Part shown: positions 11,101 through 20,411 of the stretch, piece by piece
Numbering within the stretch: the stretch's first letter is position 1
Layout of the letters: every line of letters starts with the position of its first letter
Assembly: GCA_001776935.1 (NCBI GenBank)
Contig: MFDN01000015.1
Span: 102,578 to 166,577 of the forward strand
Source: Candidatus Daviesbacteria bacterium RIFCSPLOWO2_01_FULL_39_23
GTDB lineage: Bacteria > Patescibacteriota > Microgenomatia > Daviesbacterales > UBA10151
Direction of reading: 5' to 3'
DNA length: 64,000 bases
Program-made: the position numbers and the translations under genes
Notes under the pieces: model-generated
What the model saw: the letters and a program-made list of their open reading frames with translations, nothing else
Told to the model about the DNA's origin: nothing
Databases searched by the model: none

Positions 11101-11593
11101 GGAAAAGATTCATGCGCGTTCTACAGGTCCTTACTCATTGGTTACTCAACAGCCATTGGGAGGAAAAGCCCAAATGGGAGGACAGCGGTTGGGAGAAATG
11201 GAAGTTTGGGCATTGGAAGCATATGGAGCAGCGCATATTTTACAAGAGTTATTAACTATTAAATCTGATGATGTGGTTGGCCGGGCAAAAGCTTTTGAGG
11301 CGATCGTTAAAGGGATTGAGATCCCTCAGGCTTTGATTCCTGAATCATTTAAGGTGTTGGTTAAAGAGTTGCAGGCTTTATCTATCTCTGTAGAAACACT
11401 TGGCGCAAAAATGGTGCAAAAAGCCTTGGAAAGTGAAGAAGGCAAAGTAATTGAGGAAGTAACCCAGCTTCAGGAAGTTTTAGAGATGAAACCTACTGCC
11501 GATAAGGGCGAATTAGAGGCTGAAAATAGTCCGTTTGAGGTGTTGGAAGCAAGCGCTCAAGAAGAGAAGGAAAAGGAGGAAAATAACGAGTAA
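8195..11593 (+). CDS. rpoB: RNA polymerase beta subunit
   Basis: GTFIINGVERVII, GDKLAGRHGNKG, HARSTGPYSLVTQQPLGGKAQ and GQRLGEMEVWALEAYG motifs. Confidence 0.99.
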   Translation: MRSNLTETQSNVRKYFSKPPASLPQLNLIQIQLDSYNWFLETGIREVLEEISPVEDFTGKNWTLELGSFYFGKGKYTAEEASSKGVTYDAPLKIEAILTNKQTGQRYKQDVFLGDIPQMTDKGTFIINGVERVIINQLVRSPGVFFQASDDPITGRRLYSAEIRPYRGSWLEFSVTRGGVLTAKIDRRRKFAATTLLRALGFSDNESILKLFADVDTGADKFIDATLAKDSTANTDEALLEIFRKMRPGDPVVLENAKQLLAGMFFNSRRYNLIKVGRYKINKRLGLDIPNTPENWILTKDDIIATLKYLIKLSHGEGKLDDIDHLANRRVRCAGELVQQNAFRIGVLRLERIIKERMSLTAADQEVSAGGLINAKPVIAAINEFFRSSQLSSILDQVNPLSELDHLRRLSVMGTGGITRDRASFSVRDINHSQYGRIDPIRSPEGQNIGLVTYLALYARINEYGFLETPYKKVVLKGGKPQVTDEMIYFTADDEEDYHITEATVAVDDKGFILDERVPTRFRGSFFEGPAKEISLIDISPQQIFGTSASLIPFLANDDANRALMGTQMQCQAVPLLKPTAPIVGTGMEGVVGDNMGRVVRAVDDGVIKYADGKKVILKTAHPSSGGKDTELKYEIKKFIHSPQGTCYSQKAVVTVDQKVKKGDLLIDGAACDNGELALGQNLLIAYMSFEGLGYEDAIVISDRLVKDDVLTSIHIEEYEVDVVETKLGPEELTRDIPNVAEDALINLDDGGIVRIGAEVGPNDILVGKVQPKGETELTAEERLLRAIFGEKAKEVRDTSLRIPHGERGTVIGVQILARDEGDELDTGTMMRIKVKVAQMRKVTEGDKLAGRHGNKGVISRIVPASDMPHLEDGTPIDIIISPLSVLSRMNLGQLLETHWGHVAKSLGYKIAAPVFEKIPEEKMIEEFRRAGLPVEGKMKLFDGRTGQPFENTIVVGRNYILKLIHMVEEKIHARSTGPYSLVTQQPLGGKAQMGGQRLGEMEVWALEAYGAAHILQELLTIKSDDVVGRAKAFEAIVKGIEIPQALIPESFKVLVKELQALSISVETLGAKMVQKALESEEGKVIEEVTQLQEVLEMKPTADKGELEAENSPFEVLEASAQEEKEKEENNE

Positions 11594-11611
11594 AATACTC
11601 GTAGCGAAATT

Positions 11612-14600
11612 ATGAACGATTTACTGGATTTTGAAAGTCTAAGATTAACAGTTGCATCTCCTGAACAGATCCGCAGCTGGTCTTTCGGAGAAGTGACCAA
11701 ACCGGAAACTATAAATTATAGAACCTTAAAAGCAGAAAAAGACGGGCTTTTTTCTGAGAATATTTTTGGTCCCACTAAAGATTATGAATGTTACTGTGGT
11801 AAATATAAAAGAATTAGGTTTAGAGGAGTAATCTGCGACAAATGCGGAGTTGAAGTCACTCAAAGCAAGGTAAGAAGAGAAAGAATGGGTCATATTAACC
11901 TTGCCTCTCCTGTTGCACACTCATGGTTTATTAAAGGTGCGCCTTCCAAACTATCATTAATACTTGATGTTTCGCCTAAGAACTTAGAGGCAGTAATCTA
12001 TTTTGCTTCATACCTTGTAATAAGTGTTGATTCTGCCGGAAAAACTGCTGCTTTGGAGAAATTGGAAAAAGATTTGGAAAGTAAAGTTAAGCTTTCAAAA
12101 GAAGCTCTGGAAGGGAATATCGCAACTTTGGAAAATAATTTGAAGAAAGATTTTGTTTCTTTAAGGAAAAAACTGGAAAAAGAGAAATTTGAACTTGAAG
12201 TAGAAGAGCAGGAACTAAAAGGAAGAGCGGAAATACAAAAACTAAGAGATGCGCATGTTGCCGAAGTCGGCACCCTGGAGGGAATATTTAAGGCGATAGC
12301 GGATTTGGTTAAAAGTGTTACTCCGCTGAGACTTTTGTCAGAAGAGGAATATTCAAAACTTTTTGAATATGGAGTTTCAGATTTTGTAACTATTGGTATG
12401 GGCGCTGAAGCTCTTTTGGCAGTTTTAGAAAAGCTGGATTTAGACAAGCTTTCTGCTCAATTGCGGGATGAAGTAAGAAAATCTTCAGGACAAAAGCATA
12501 TCAAAGCCACAAAAAGACTGCGGGTGATCGAGGGGATGCGTTCATCCGGGATATCCTCTTCCTGGTTGATACTTCGGGTATTGCCTGTTTTGCCTCCGGA
12601 TCTACGGCCTATGGTACAGCTTCCGGGAGGAAGATTTGCAACCTCTGATTTAAATGATCTTTACAGAAGAGTAATCAACAGAAATAATCGTTTAAACAGG
12701 CTTATAAATTTAGGCGCTCCGGAAATAATTTTAAGAAATGAAAAAAGAATGCTTCAGGAAGCAGTGGATAGCTTAATTGATGCCTCGTCCCGCACCTCCA
12801 GACGGGGCGGACCGGCTGTTACGCACGTGCTCAGATCGCTTTCTGATATGTTGAGAGGAAAACAGGGAAGATTCAGGCAGAACCTTTTGGGTAAAAGAGT
12901 TGATTATTCAGGAAGATCAGTTATTGTGGTTGGACCAAAACTTAAACTGGATCAGGTCGGATTGCCAAAAGAAATGGCCCTTGAGATGTTTAAACCCTTT
13001 GTGCTTCGCGAAGTGATCGCCCGGGGATTGGCGTCTAATGTTAAGGGTGCGAAAAATGTTTTGGAAGCAAGACCTTCTGAGGTGTGGGATATCCTGGAAG
13101 AAATTATTACCGGGCACCCTATTTTGATCAACCGTGCTCCGACTTTGCACCGTTTGGGTATTCAGGCATTTTTCCCGGTGTTGGTTGATGGTAATGCGAT
13201 TGCTATACATCCTTGTATTTGCGCCGGGTTTAATGCTGATTTTGACGGGGATCAGATGGCTGTTCATGTACCCCTGTCAACCAAAGCTCAGGAAGAAGCT
13301 AAAGACTTAATGATGGCAAGGAATAATATCTTTGGTCCGGCTAATGCTCAGCCAATTACTGTTCCAAATAGGGAAATGGCACTCGGATGTTATTACATTA
13401 CCGTAATTGAAGAAGGGGGAAAAGAAGAAGAATTGCCTTTTTTTGATGCTAAGGAAGACGCAATAAGAGCCTATTCCCTGGGTAAAATCCGTGTCCAGCA
13501 AAAGATTAAAGTTAGATTAAGCAGGGAAGAAACCCTTGAAACATCTGTGGGAAGAATCCTTTTTAATCAGGTTTTGCCCGAGAGTATGCAGTTTATAAAT
13601 TCGGTTATTAAAGGGTTTACGATCCGTGACATAATCCTGCGGGCAATGGAGACTTTAGGCAGAGAACAGGTGACAGATCTCATTGACAGCATTAAAACTA
13701 TCGGTTTCTGGGGAGCAACAATTGCAGGTATTTCAATTGCCATCTTTGATGCTAAGGTTGTGCCGGATAAAAAGAAATATTTGGAAAAGGCCGGAGAAGA
13801 GATTGAAAAAATAGAGGCTAATACTAAAAAGGGCCTGATTACTGCTCAGGAGAAATCTCAGCTTTGTCAGATGGTTTGGATTAAAACAACAGAAGAGTTG
13901 GCAAATGCCACTTGGGAATATTTAGGTTCGAAAAACCCCATCAGGATGATGGTGGAAGCCGGAGCCCGGGGTTCCAGAGATCAGGCAAAACAGCTTTCTG
14001 CCATGCGTGGTTTATCCACTGATCCAACAGGTAAAATTGTGGAACTGCCGACTAAATCCAATTACAGAGAAGGATTATCCGTGTTTGAATACTTCACCTC
14101 AGCCAGGGGAGCCAGGAAAGGCGTTGCAGACAAAGCCTTAAAAACAGCTGACGCAGGATATTTAACCAGAAGACTTGTTGATGTAGCACATGATGTAATT
14201 ATCAGGATGGAAGATTGCGGTACATCCGAATGTTTAGAGTATGAGCTTACTAAAAATAGTTTTAATACGGCAAGGGAAAAGCTGTTGGGAAAAGTAGCTG
14301 CTGATAATGTTTTAGAGCCTAAAAGCAGGAAAGTGATTATCAAAAAGGGTGCTGTGTTTATAGAAGATGCAGTCACTGCAATCTTAAAAGCAGGAGTGAT
14401 AAAAGTATCTACACGTTCCCCCTTAACTTGTGAAGCGCGTTACGGCATCTGCAGCACTTGTTATGGTTTTGATCTTACCACCAGAGAAATGGTTAAAATT
14501 GGTACACCTGTGGGAGTGGTGGCTGCTCAGGCAATCGGAGAACCGGGAACCCAGTTGACAATGCGTACTTTCCATACCGGAGGAATTGTGGGACTTGATA

Positions 14601-15307
14601 TTACCCAAGGATTGCCAAGAGTGGAGGAGCTTTTTGAGGCAAGAACTCCTAAAGTAGCATCTCCGATGTCAGAGGTTGCCGGTAAAGTTTCGATTTTAGA
14701 AACTGATATGGGAATTAGAGTTAGAGTGAAAACTACTCAAAAGCCGCACGAAGAGAGGGAATACATTATTCCGGCCACTGCTACGCTTTTGGTGGAAGAA
14801 GGTCAACTTATTGATGCAGGAACGGTTTTGGCATCAGGGCATGTAGATGTAAAAGAGACTCTGCGAATTCAGGGGCTTCGAGCAGCTCAGCGTTATATTG
14901 TTGATGAGGTAAGGACAGTATATGAATCTCAGGGAGTGCCTATTAACGAGAAGCATTTTGAAGTAATTGTCAGGAAAATGTCGGATAAAGTCAGGATTGA
15001 ATCTCAGGGAGATACAAATCTTCTGCCAGGCGAGATCATTGACAGGATCCGGTTTGAAGAAGAAAATAAACGGGTTTTGGCAGGCGGCGGTGAACCTGCA
15101 ACAGCTGAGGTTGTAATTTTGGGAATCACAAGGGCAAGCTTGCAGACTGAAAGTTTCCTGTCTGCTGCTTCATTCCAGGAAACAACATCAATACTTTCAG
15201 ATGCTGCTATCTCCGGCAAAGAGGATAAGCTGATAGGACTTAAAGAAAATGTTATAATTGGCCGGCTTATTCCTACAAGTGTAGAAAGAGCAAAGATAGA
15301 AGGATAA
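11612..15307 (+). CDS. rpoC: RNA polymerase beta' subunit
   Basis: [12 protein letters not shown] catalytic motif, zinc finger, [18 protein letters not shown]. Confidence 0.99.
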   Translation: MNDLLDFESLRLTVASPEQIRSWSFGEVTKPETINYRTLKAEKDGLFSENIFGPTKDYECYCGKYKRIRFRGVICDKCGVEVTQSKVRRERMGHINLASPVAHSWFIKGAPSKLSLILDVSPKNLEAVIYFASYLVISVDSAGKTAALEKLEKDLESKVKLSKEALEGNIATLENNLKKDFVSLRKKLEKEKFELEVEEQELKGRAEIQKLRDAHVAEVGTLEGIFKAIADLVKSVTPLRLLSEEEYSKLFEYGVSDFVTIGMGAEALLAVLEKLDLDKLSAQLRDEVRKSSGQKHIKATKRLRVIEGMRSSGISSSWLILRVLPVLPPDLRPMVQLPGGRFATSDLNDLYRRVINRNNRLNRLINLGAPEIILRNEKRMLQEAVDSLIDASSRTSRRGGPAVTHVLRSLSDMLRGKQGRFRQNLLGKRVDYSGRSVIVVGPKLKLDQVGLPKEMALEMFKPFVLREVIARGLASNVKGAKNVLEARPSEVWDILEEIITGHPILINRAPTLHRLGIQAFFPVLVDGNAIAIHPCICAGFNADFDGDQMAVHVPLSTKAQEEAKDLMMARNNIFGPANAQPITVPNREMALGCYYITVIEEGGKEEELPFFDAKEDAIRAYSLGKIRVQQKIKVRLSREETLETSVGRILFNQVLPESMQFINSVIKGFTIRDIILRAMETLGREQVTDLIDSIKTIGFWGATIAGISIAIFDAKVVPDKKKYLEKAGEEIEKIEANTKKGLITAQEKSQLCQMVWIKTTEELANATWEYLGSKNPIRMMVEAGARGSRDQAKQLSAMRGLSTDPTGKIVELPTKSNYREGLSVFEYFTSARGARKGVADKALKTADAGYLTRRLVDVAHDVIIRMEDCGTSECLEYELTKNSFNTAREKLLGKVAADNVLEPKSRKVIIKKGAVFIEDAVTAILKAGVIKVSTRSPLTCEARYGICSTCYGFDLTTREMVKIGTPVGVVAAQAIGEPGTQLTMRTFHTGGIVGLDITQGLPRVEELFEARTPKVASPMSEVAGKVSILETDMGIRVRVKTTQKPHEEREYIIPATATLLVEEGQLIDAGTVLASGHVDVKETLRIQGLRAAQRYIVDEVRTVYESQGVPINEKHFEVIVRKMSDKVRIESQGDTNLLPGEIIDRIRFEEENKRVLAGGGEPATAEVVILGITRASLQTESFLSAASFQETTSILSDAAISGKEDKLIGLKENVIIGRLIPTSVERAKIEG

Positions 15308-15311
15308 ATAT

Positions 15312-15782
15312 ATGCCGACAATTAATCAATTGGTGCGAAAAGGCAGACACAAGATTACCAAAAAGATCAAAGCTACAGCTTTGCGCCGCGGTTTTAATGC
15401 CAAAGACAGAAGGTATACCCAAGATTTTAATCCGCAAAAGCGGGGAGTGGTTACTTTGGTGAAAACTATGACTCCAAAAAAACCAAATTCCGCACTTAGA
15501 AAAGTAGCCAGAGTCAGGCTTTCCAACAGAACTGAAGTAACGGCCTATATTCAAGGCGAGGGTCACTCTCTAGCAGAGCACGGAATAGTATTGGTGCGGG
15601 GTGGAAGGGTTAAAGATTTGCCCGGAGTTAAGTATCATTTAGTCAGGGGAAAATATGATTTAGCAGGAGTAGTTAACAGAAAACAAGGCAGATCAAGATA
15701 TGGTACCAAAAGAGGCGGAGGCGGTCCTGCTCCGAAAGCAGCAGCAAAACCGCAAGCAGCACCGGTTGGAGGAGGAGCATGA
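15312..15782 (+). CDS. rpsL: 30S ribosomal protein S12 (Ala/Gly/Pro-rich C-terminal tail)
   Basis: [30 protein letters not shown]. Confidence 0.99.
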   Translation: MPTINQLVRKGRHKITKKIKATALRRGFNAKDRRYTQDFNPQKRGVVTLVKTMTPKKPNSALRKVARVRLSNRTEVTAYIQGEGHSLAEHGIVLVRGGRVKDLPGVKYHLVRGKYDLAGVVNRKQGRSRYGTKRGGGGPAPKAAAKPQAAPVGGGA

Positions 15783-16255
15783 GAAGTAAAAAAGCACCAA
15801 AAAATCTTTTATCTCCTGATCCAATTTTTGGATCAAGACTGCTTACCCGTTTTATAAATAAAGTAATGGAAGATGGGAAGAAATCCATTGCTCAAAAATT
15901 GGTTTATCAGGCATTGGAAGAAATAAAAGAACAGTCCAAAGAGGAGCCTTTGGTTGTGTTCGAAAAAGCTATTAATAACGTTGCGCCAAAAATGGAAGTT
16001 AGACCCCGCCGCGTTGGGGGAGCTTCATATCAGGTTCCTGTTGAAGTAAGGGGAGACAGAAAAGAAGCCTTAGCGATCAGATGGATTCTTGCAGGCGCCA
16101 GATCCAAGTCTAATAGCCAGTATCATTCGTTTGCTAAAAAGCTGGCGGCAGAACTTATGGATGCAGCCAATAACGCCGGTATTGCCATCAAGAAAAAAGA
16201 AGATGTGCAAAAAGCAGCTGCAGCCAATAGGGCCTTCTCTCACTTCCGCTGGTAA
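15779..16255 (+). CDS. rpsG: 30S ribosomal protein S7
   Basis: [31 protein letters not shown]. Confidence 0.99.
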   Translation: MRSKKAPKNLLSPDPIFGSRLLTRFINKVMEDGKKSIAQKLVYQALEEIKEQSKEEPLVVFEKAINNVAPKMEVRPRRVGGASYQVPVEVRGDRKEALAIRWILAGARSKSNSQYHSFAKKLAAELMDAANNAGIAIKKKEDVQKAAAANRAFSHFRW

Positions 16256-16270
16256 CCATCTCTTTTCCCT

Positions 16271-16711
16271 GTCATCCTGAGGCGATTGGCCGAAGGATCT
16301 CTGAACTTGTTTCAGTTGCATTAATGTAGCTTATATTCATAAGAGATTCTTCAGCTTTGCTTCAGAATGACAATTAGGGGTTAGATAGATCTTTGAATTC
16401 AGGATTAATTGTTTTTATTAAGTCCATTTTCTTTCTTCTTGTCCAGCCTTTAATTTTCTTCTCTGCCGCTATTGCCTCATTAATAGCTGAAAACTCCTGA
16501 TAATAGATTAATTTATTTAACTTATATTTGGATGTAAAAGAAGATATGGCTTTGAATGAGTGCTCAGAAATTCTTCTTTCCAGATTATTTGTTACTCCAA
16601 CATATAAGTTGCTTGATTTGTTAGTCAGGATATATACAAAATAGAAGATGACTAAATTGTATCTCAAATGAATTGAGAGATCCTTCGTCGACTCTGTCTC
16701 CTCAGGATGAC
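16271..16711 (-). mobile_element. Candidate REP-flanked GIY-YIG module 1
   Basis: REP arms at 16271-16301, 16343-16371 and 16677-16711 enclose an antisense GIY-YIG gene between rpsG and fusA. Confidence 0.6.
16374..16667 (-). CDS. Small GIY-YIG nuclease (UPF0213-like)
   Basis: FVYILTN...LYVGVTNNLERRISEH, FTSKY...LIYYQEF, AIAAEKKIKGWTRRKK; TTG start. Confidence 0.9.
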   Translation of the reverse strand: MRYNLVIFYFVYILTNKSSNLYVGVTNNLERRISEHSFKAISSFTSKYKLNKLIYYQEFSAINEAIAAEKKIKGWTRRKKMDLIKTINPEFKDLSNP

Positions 16712-16788
16712 AAAAAATAGTTAAAGCATCTTAAATGGCAGCCGGAATGGAAATATCTGTTGAAGTGGTATGGTAATATATAATAACT

Positions 16789-17043
16789 ATGGCTGAAAGA
16801 GATATTGGGAAAGGGCCGTTAGAGAGGATAATAGGGAAAGATCTTGGTGGGTTTGATGTTCCAGATAAATTAGAGTCGGCTTGCAGGATGGATTCATCTG
16901 AGTTGGAAATTTTAGCAGGAGCGCAGCGCCTGCCTGATCCCGCTGATAGTCCGGATTTAACACTAACTTCCAGGCAAATTGCACATAAAAGAACCAGAAA
17001 TGCTGTGCCACCTTTGAGATTAGTGCCATATTGGCGCCATTAA
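16789..17043 (+). CDS. Hypothetical protein
   Basis: 84-aa ATG ORF with a -10-like TAATAT/TATAAT just upstream; no family recognised. Confidence 0.45.
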   Translation: MAERDIGKGPLERIIGKDLGGFDVPDKLESACRMDSSELEILAGAQRLPDPADSPDLTLTSRQIAHKRTRNAVPPLRLVPYWRH

Positions 17044-17048
17044 TTGAT

Positions 17049-17114
17049 TTGACTTTTAGGATCGAAGAAGTATAATATTGACAGTTGCCTCCCGGAGAAT
17101 GAGGGAGGCTTTTT
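17049..17114 (+). promoter_or_regulatory. Promoter followed by a leader terminator hairpin
   Basis: TTGACT, 16 nt, TATAAT (17049-17076), then GCCTCCC-N9-GGGAGGC-TTTTT (17087-17114). Confidence 0.6.
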
Positions 17115-17122
17115 GGATAAAT

Positions 17123-17350
17123 ATGGATGATAAATTAAGACAAGAAAAATTAAAGATGTGGAAGGCTAATTTAGCTGATCTGGAAGAGCAGTTAAAAATT
17201 ATTGCGCAAAAAAAAGGCGCTGCTGCTGCAGAGGGAGATTTATCTGAAAATGCGGCTTATTCTATGGCTATTGAAGATGCAGAGACAACCAGAGTAAGAA
17301 TTGGGGAAGTGAAAAAGATAATAAGGGATTTAGAGAAAGGAAGCAAATAA
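17123..17350 (+). CDS. Stand-alone GreA/GreB N-terminal coiled-coil protein
   Basis: AAAEGDLSENAAY tip motif between two helices; the ORF stops before any C-terminal Gre domain. Confidence 0.8.
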   Translation: MDDKLRQEKLKMWKANLADLEEQLKIIAQKKGAAAAEGDLSENAAYSMAIEDAETTRVRIGEVKKIIRDLEKGSK

Positions 17351-17463
17351 TTTTCAAGAATCAATTCTCAATTTTCAATCAAATCTCAATGTGACAATTT
17401 TCAAACATTGAAAATTAAGCAATTGAAAATTCATTGTAAATTGTAAACTGAAAATTGTAAATT
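17349..17463. repeat. Inverted arrays of 7-bp tandem repeats
   Basis: AATTTTC/AATTCTC/AAATCTC units followed by the complementary ATTGAAA/ATTGTAA units, directly before the fusA start. Confidence 0.8.
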
Positions 17464-17470
17464 TCTTATT

Positions 17471-19609
17471 ATGGCTATACAAAAAACCAAAAGAGATTTT
17501 CCGCTGGATAGGATCCGTAACATTGGTATTATTGCTCACATTGATGCCGGAAAAACCACCACCACTGAGCGGATTTTGTTTTATACCGGAAAAACTTACA
17601 AAATCGGCAATATTGACGAAGGAACTACTGTTACTGACTGGATGGAGCAGGAGCGCGAGCGCGGGATCACCATTGTCTCAGCGGCCATCACAGCTTTTTG
17701 GACTGTTAAAAAAGGTCAATTTGAAGGTGAAGAAATGAGAATCAATTTGATTGATACTCCGGGCCATGTTGATTTTACTGCAGAAGTAGAACGATCTTTA
17801 AGAGTTTTGGATGGGGCAGTAATTGTTTTGGATTCCTCTTCCGGCGTACAGTCTCAAACAGAAACAGTTTGGAGACAAGCGAATAAATATAATGTGCCTT
17901 TAATTGCTTTCTCTAATAAGATGGATGTGGTAGGCGCAGATTTTGTTGCTACTATCCAAAGCGCCCGGGATAGACTTGGGGCCAACGCTATTGCTTACAA
18001 TCTGCCGATAGGCAGGGAGAATGATTTTAAAGGGGTGGTCGATTTATTAACTGAAAAAGCCATAATTTGGGAAGGTGATGAAACAGGTGCTAAGTTTCAT
18101 GAAACAGAGATACCGGCTGATATGATTGATGCGGTTAAGGTTGCCCGGGAAAAATTAGTAGAAGAAATCTCCGGTACTGACGATGTATTGATGGAAAAAT
18201 ATTTAGGCGGAGAGGCAATTACGATTGAAGAATTAAAAATAGCTTTAAGAAAAGCTGTGATTGCCAATAAAATTGTGCCTGTCTTTGCGGGCTCCTCCCT
18301 TAGGAATAAAGGTGTCCAACCAATGTTGGATGCGGTTGTTGAATATTTGCCATCGCCTCAGGATATCTTTACAGTAACCGGTATAAACCCGAAAACAGGT
18401 GAAGCAGAAGAAAGAAAAGGTGAATCCAGCGCGCCTTTGGCTGCTTTGGCTTTTAAAATTCAGGTTGATCCGCATGTAGGAAAATTAACCTATATCAGAG
18501 TTTATTCAGGCACTTTAAAGAGTGGTTCTTATGTTTACAATGTGACCAAGCAACTCAGGGAAAGAGTCGGCAGACTGCTTTTGATGCATGCTAATGACAG
18601 GGAAGAGATTGATGAGGCATTTGCAGGAGAAATAGTGGCAGCAGTAGGTTTGAAGGATACTATTACCGGCAATACACTTTGTGATGAAAGCGCTCCAATT
18701 ATTTTAGAATCTATAAGTTTTCCGGATCCGGTAATTTCCCTGGCAATTGAACCTAAGACAAAGAGCGATCAGGAAAAATTAGGTTATGCGCTGCAAAGAC
18801 TGGCTGAGGAAGATCCGACTTTCAGGGTAAAATCCGATCCTGAAACCGGGCAAACTATTATTGCCGGGATGGGTGAGCTGCAGCTTGAAATTTTGGTTGA
18901 CCGGATGAAAAGAGAGTTTAAGCTGGAAGCGAATGTGGGACAGCCGCAGGTGGCTTACAAAGAAACAATTACTAAAATTGCAGAAGGTGAAGGAAAATAT
19001 ATCAGGCAGACAGGGGGCCGGGGCCAATACGGACATTGTTTACTGCGGATCGAACCTTTGCCGCGCGGAACCGGCAGGGAGTTTGTGTCGGAAATTGTGG
19101 GCGGCGCCATCCCCAGAGAATTTATTTCACCGATTGAAAAAGGTGTTATTGAAAAAGAAGACACAGGTATTTTGGCAGGTTATCCTGTAACTGATATTAA
19201 AGTGGCAGTATATGACGGGTCGTTCCATGATGTTGACTCTTCCGAGGTAGCATTTAAGATTGCTGCATCTTTGGGGCTTTCTGAGGCAGCTAAAAAAGCA
19301 GATATGATTTTGCTAGAACCTATTATGAAAGTGGAAGTTACTACCCCGGATGAGTTTTTGGGAGAAATTATTGGCGATCTTTCTTCAAAAAGAGCGCAAA
19401 TTCTTTCTTCTGAAACCCGCGGAAATGCCAGGGTTGTGGTAGCTTTGGTGCCTTTGGCAGAAATGCACGGTTATGCAACAGCTATAAGGAGCATGTCTCA
19501 AGGAAGAGCCACATATTATATGGAAGCAGATCATTATGAAACCGTTCCTCAAAACGTTACTCAAAAGATTATAGAATCCTCAGGCTTCACAGGACGCGTT
19601 GAGCATTAA
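17471..19609 (+). CDS. fusA: Elongation factor G
   Basis: [45 protein letters not shown]. Confidence 0.99.
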   Translation: MAIQKTKRDFPLDRIRNIGIIAHIDAGKTTTTERILFYTGKTYKIGNIDEGTTVTDWMEQERERGITIVSAAITAFWTVKKGQFEGEEMRINLIDTPGHVDFTAEVERSLRVLDGAVIVLDSSSGVQSQTETVWRQANKYNVPLIAFSNKMDVVGADFVATIQSARDRLGANAIAYNLPIGRENDFKGVVDLLTEKAIIWEGDETGAKFHETEIPADMIDAVKVAREKLVEEISGTDDVLMEKYLGGEAITIEELKIALRKAVIANKIVPVFAGSSLRNKGVQPMLDAVVEYLPSPQDIFTVTGINPKTGEAEERKGESSAPLAALAFKIQVDPHVGKLTYIRVYSGTLKSGSYVYNVTKQLRERVGRLLLMHANDREEIDEAFAGEIVAAVGLKDTITGNTLCDESAPIILESISFPDPVISLAIEPKTKSDQEKLGYALQRLAEEDPTFRVKSDPETGQTIIAGMGELQLEILVDRMKREFKLEANVGQPQVAYKETITKIAEGEGKYIRQTGGRGQYGHCLLRIEPLPRGTGREFVSEIVGGAIPREFISPIEKGVIEKEDTGILAGYPVTDIKVAVYDGSFHDVDSSEVAFKIAASLGLSEAAKKADMILLEPIMKVEVTTPDEFLGEIIGDLSSKRAQILSSETRGNARVVVALVPLAEMHGYATAIRSMSQGRATYYMEADHYETVPQNVTQKIIESSGFTGRVEH

Positions 19610-19618
19610 TCATCTATC

Positions 19619-20101
19619 GTCATTGCGGGGAATTTTTATCTTTCTTCTTCCGTCATTCCGAACTTGTTTCGGAATCTCTTTTGGAATACTAGAGATCCTG
19701 AACTAAATTCAGGATGACGGTTTAAAGTAAGGAATCATGCAGATCGTTAAAGTCCGGATTATTTCTTTTAATCAAGTTAATTTTCCATTCTCTATGCCAA
19801 TTTTTTAGCTGCTTTTCTCTTTTGATAGCTTCAATAATATCTTCATAGATTTCATAGTAAACAAGTTTGTTTACGTTATATTTGGAAGTAAAACCGGAGA
19901 CCACTTTCATTTTGTGTTGATAGATTCGTTTAATTAAGTTATCAGTTACCCCAATATAGAGAACGGTATTTATCTCATTCGTAAGAATGTAAACATAGGA
20001 ATATCTCATACCTATATTGTAGAGATTGCTTCCCCGGGATCAAGTCCGGAGTCGTAATGACGTTTTTAGCCTCAGACTTCACGGGCCGTGTTAAACATTG
20101 A
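19619..20101 (-). mobile_element. Candidate REP-flanked GIY-YIG module 2 with a duplicated fusA 3' end
   Basis: GTCATTGCG at 19619, REP pair at 19652-19678 and 19692-19718, REP arm at 20022-20061, then a 32-bp copy of the fusA end at 20070-20101. Confidence 0.65.
19722..20009 (-). CDS. Small GIY-YIG nuclease (UPF0213-like)
   Basis: YVYILTN...LYIGVTDNLIKRIYQH, FTSKYNVNKLVYYE, AIKREKQLKNWHREWK. Confidence 0.92.
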   Translation of the reverse strand: MRYSYVYILTNEINTVLYIGVTDNLIKRIYQHKMKVVSGFTSKYNVNKLVYYEIYEDIIEAIKREKQLKNWHREWKINLIKRNNPDFNDLHDSLL

Positions 20102-20137
20102 CTTGACAATTAATTGTGACTCCTCCATCATAAATGT

Positions 20138-20359
20138 ATGAGCAAAATTTTGGAAATTATTGTTTCGCTAGGATTAATAGCATTTGGTTTAAGTTGTTTT
20201 TTAAATCCTAAATTTTATAAAGAGTTAGTAAAAGCGATAAATGCAGGTAAAGGTCTGAGGACCACAATTACCCCACAAACTACCCAGATAGGAAAAGGGG
20301 TAGGAATCATAGCAATTATTATTGGTACCATTATATTTCTTATTACACTTTCTAACTAG
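20138..20359 (+). CDS. Small two-TM membrane protein
   Basis: Two hydrophobic segments in 73 aa; TTGACA upstream. Confidence 0.6.
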   Translation: MSKILEIIVSLGLIAFGLSCFLNPKFYKELVKAINAGKGLRTTITPQTTQIGKGVGIIAIIIGTIIFLITLSN

Positions 20360-20374
20360 CTTTACATATTCCTT

Positions 20375-20403
20375 TTGACTATGGGGCTTTGAGCTAGTAT
20401 AAT
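20375..20403 (+). promoter_or_regulatory. sigma70 promoter of gpsA (near-leaderless)
   Basis: TTGACT, 17 nt, TATAAT; the ATG follows 8 nt later. Confidence 0.7.
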
Positions 20404-20411
20404 CGCCCTCT

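Noticed and set aside
16230-16790. Duplicate of the rpsG 3' end after module 1, analogous to the fusA duplicate
   Set aside because: Only TGGTAA recurs, which is too short to be meaningful.
16374-20009. GIY-YIG genes as intron- or intein-encoded homing endonucleases
   Set aside because: They are intergenic and antisense, rpsG and fusA are intact, and no group I intron core was recognised.
16271-20061. REP arms as a CRISPR array or IS terminal inverted repeats
   Set aside because: There are no regularly spaced identical direct repeats with unique spacers, no cas genes, and no DDE or HUH transposase ORF.
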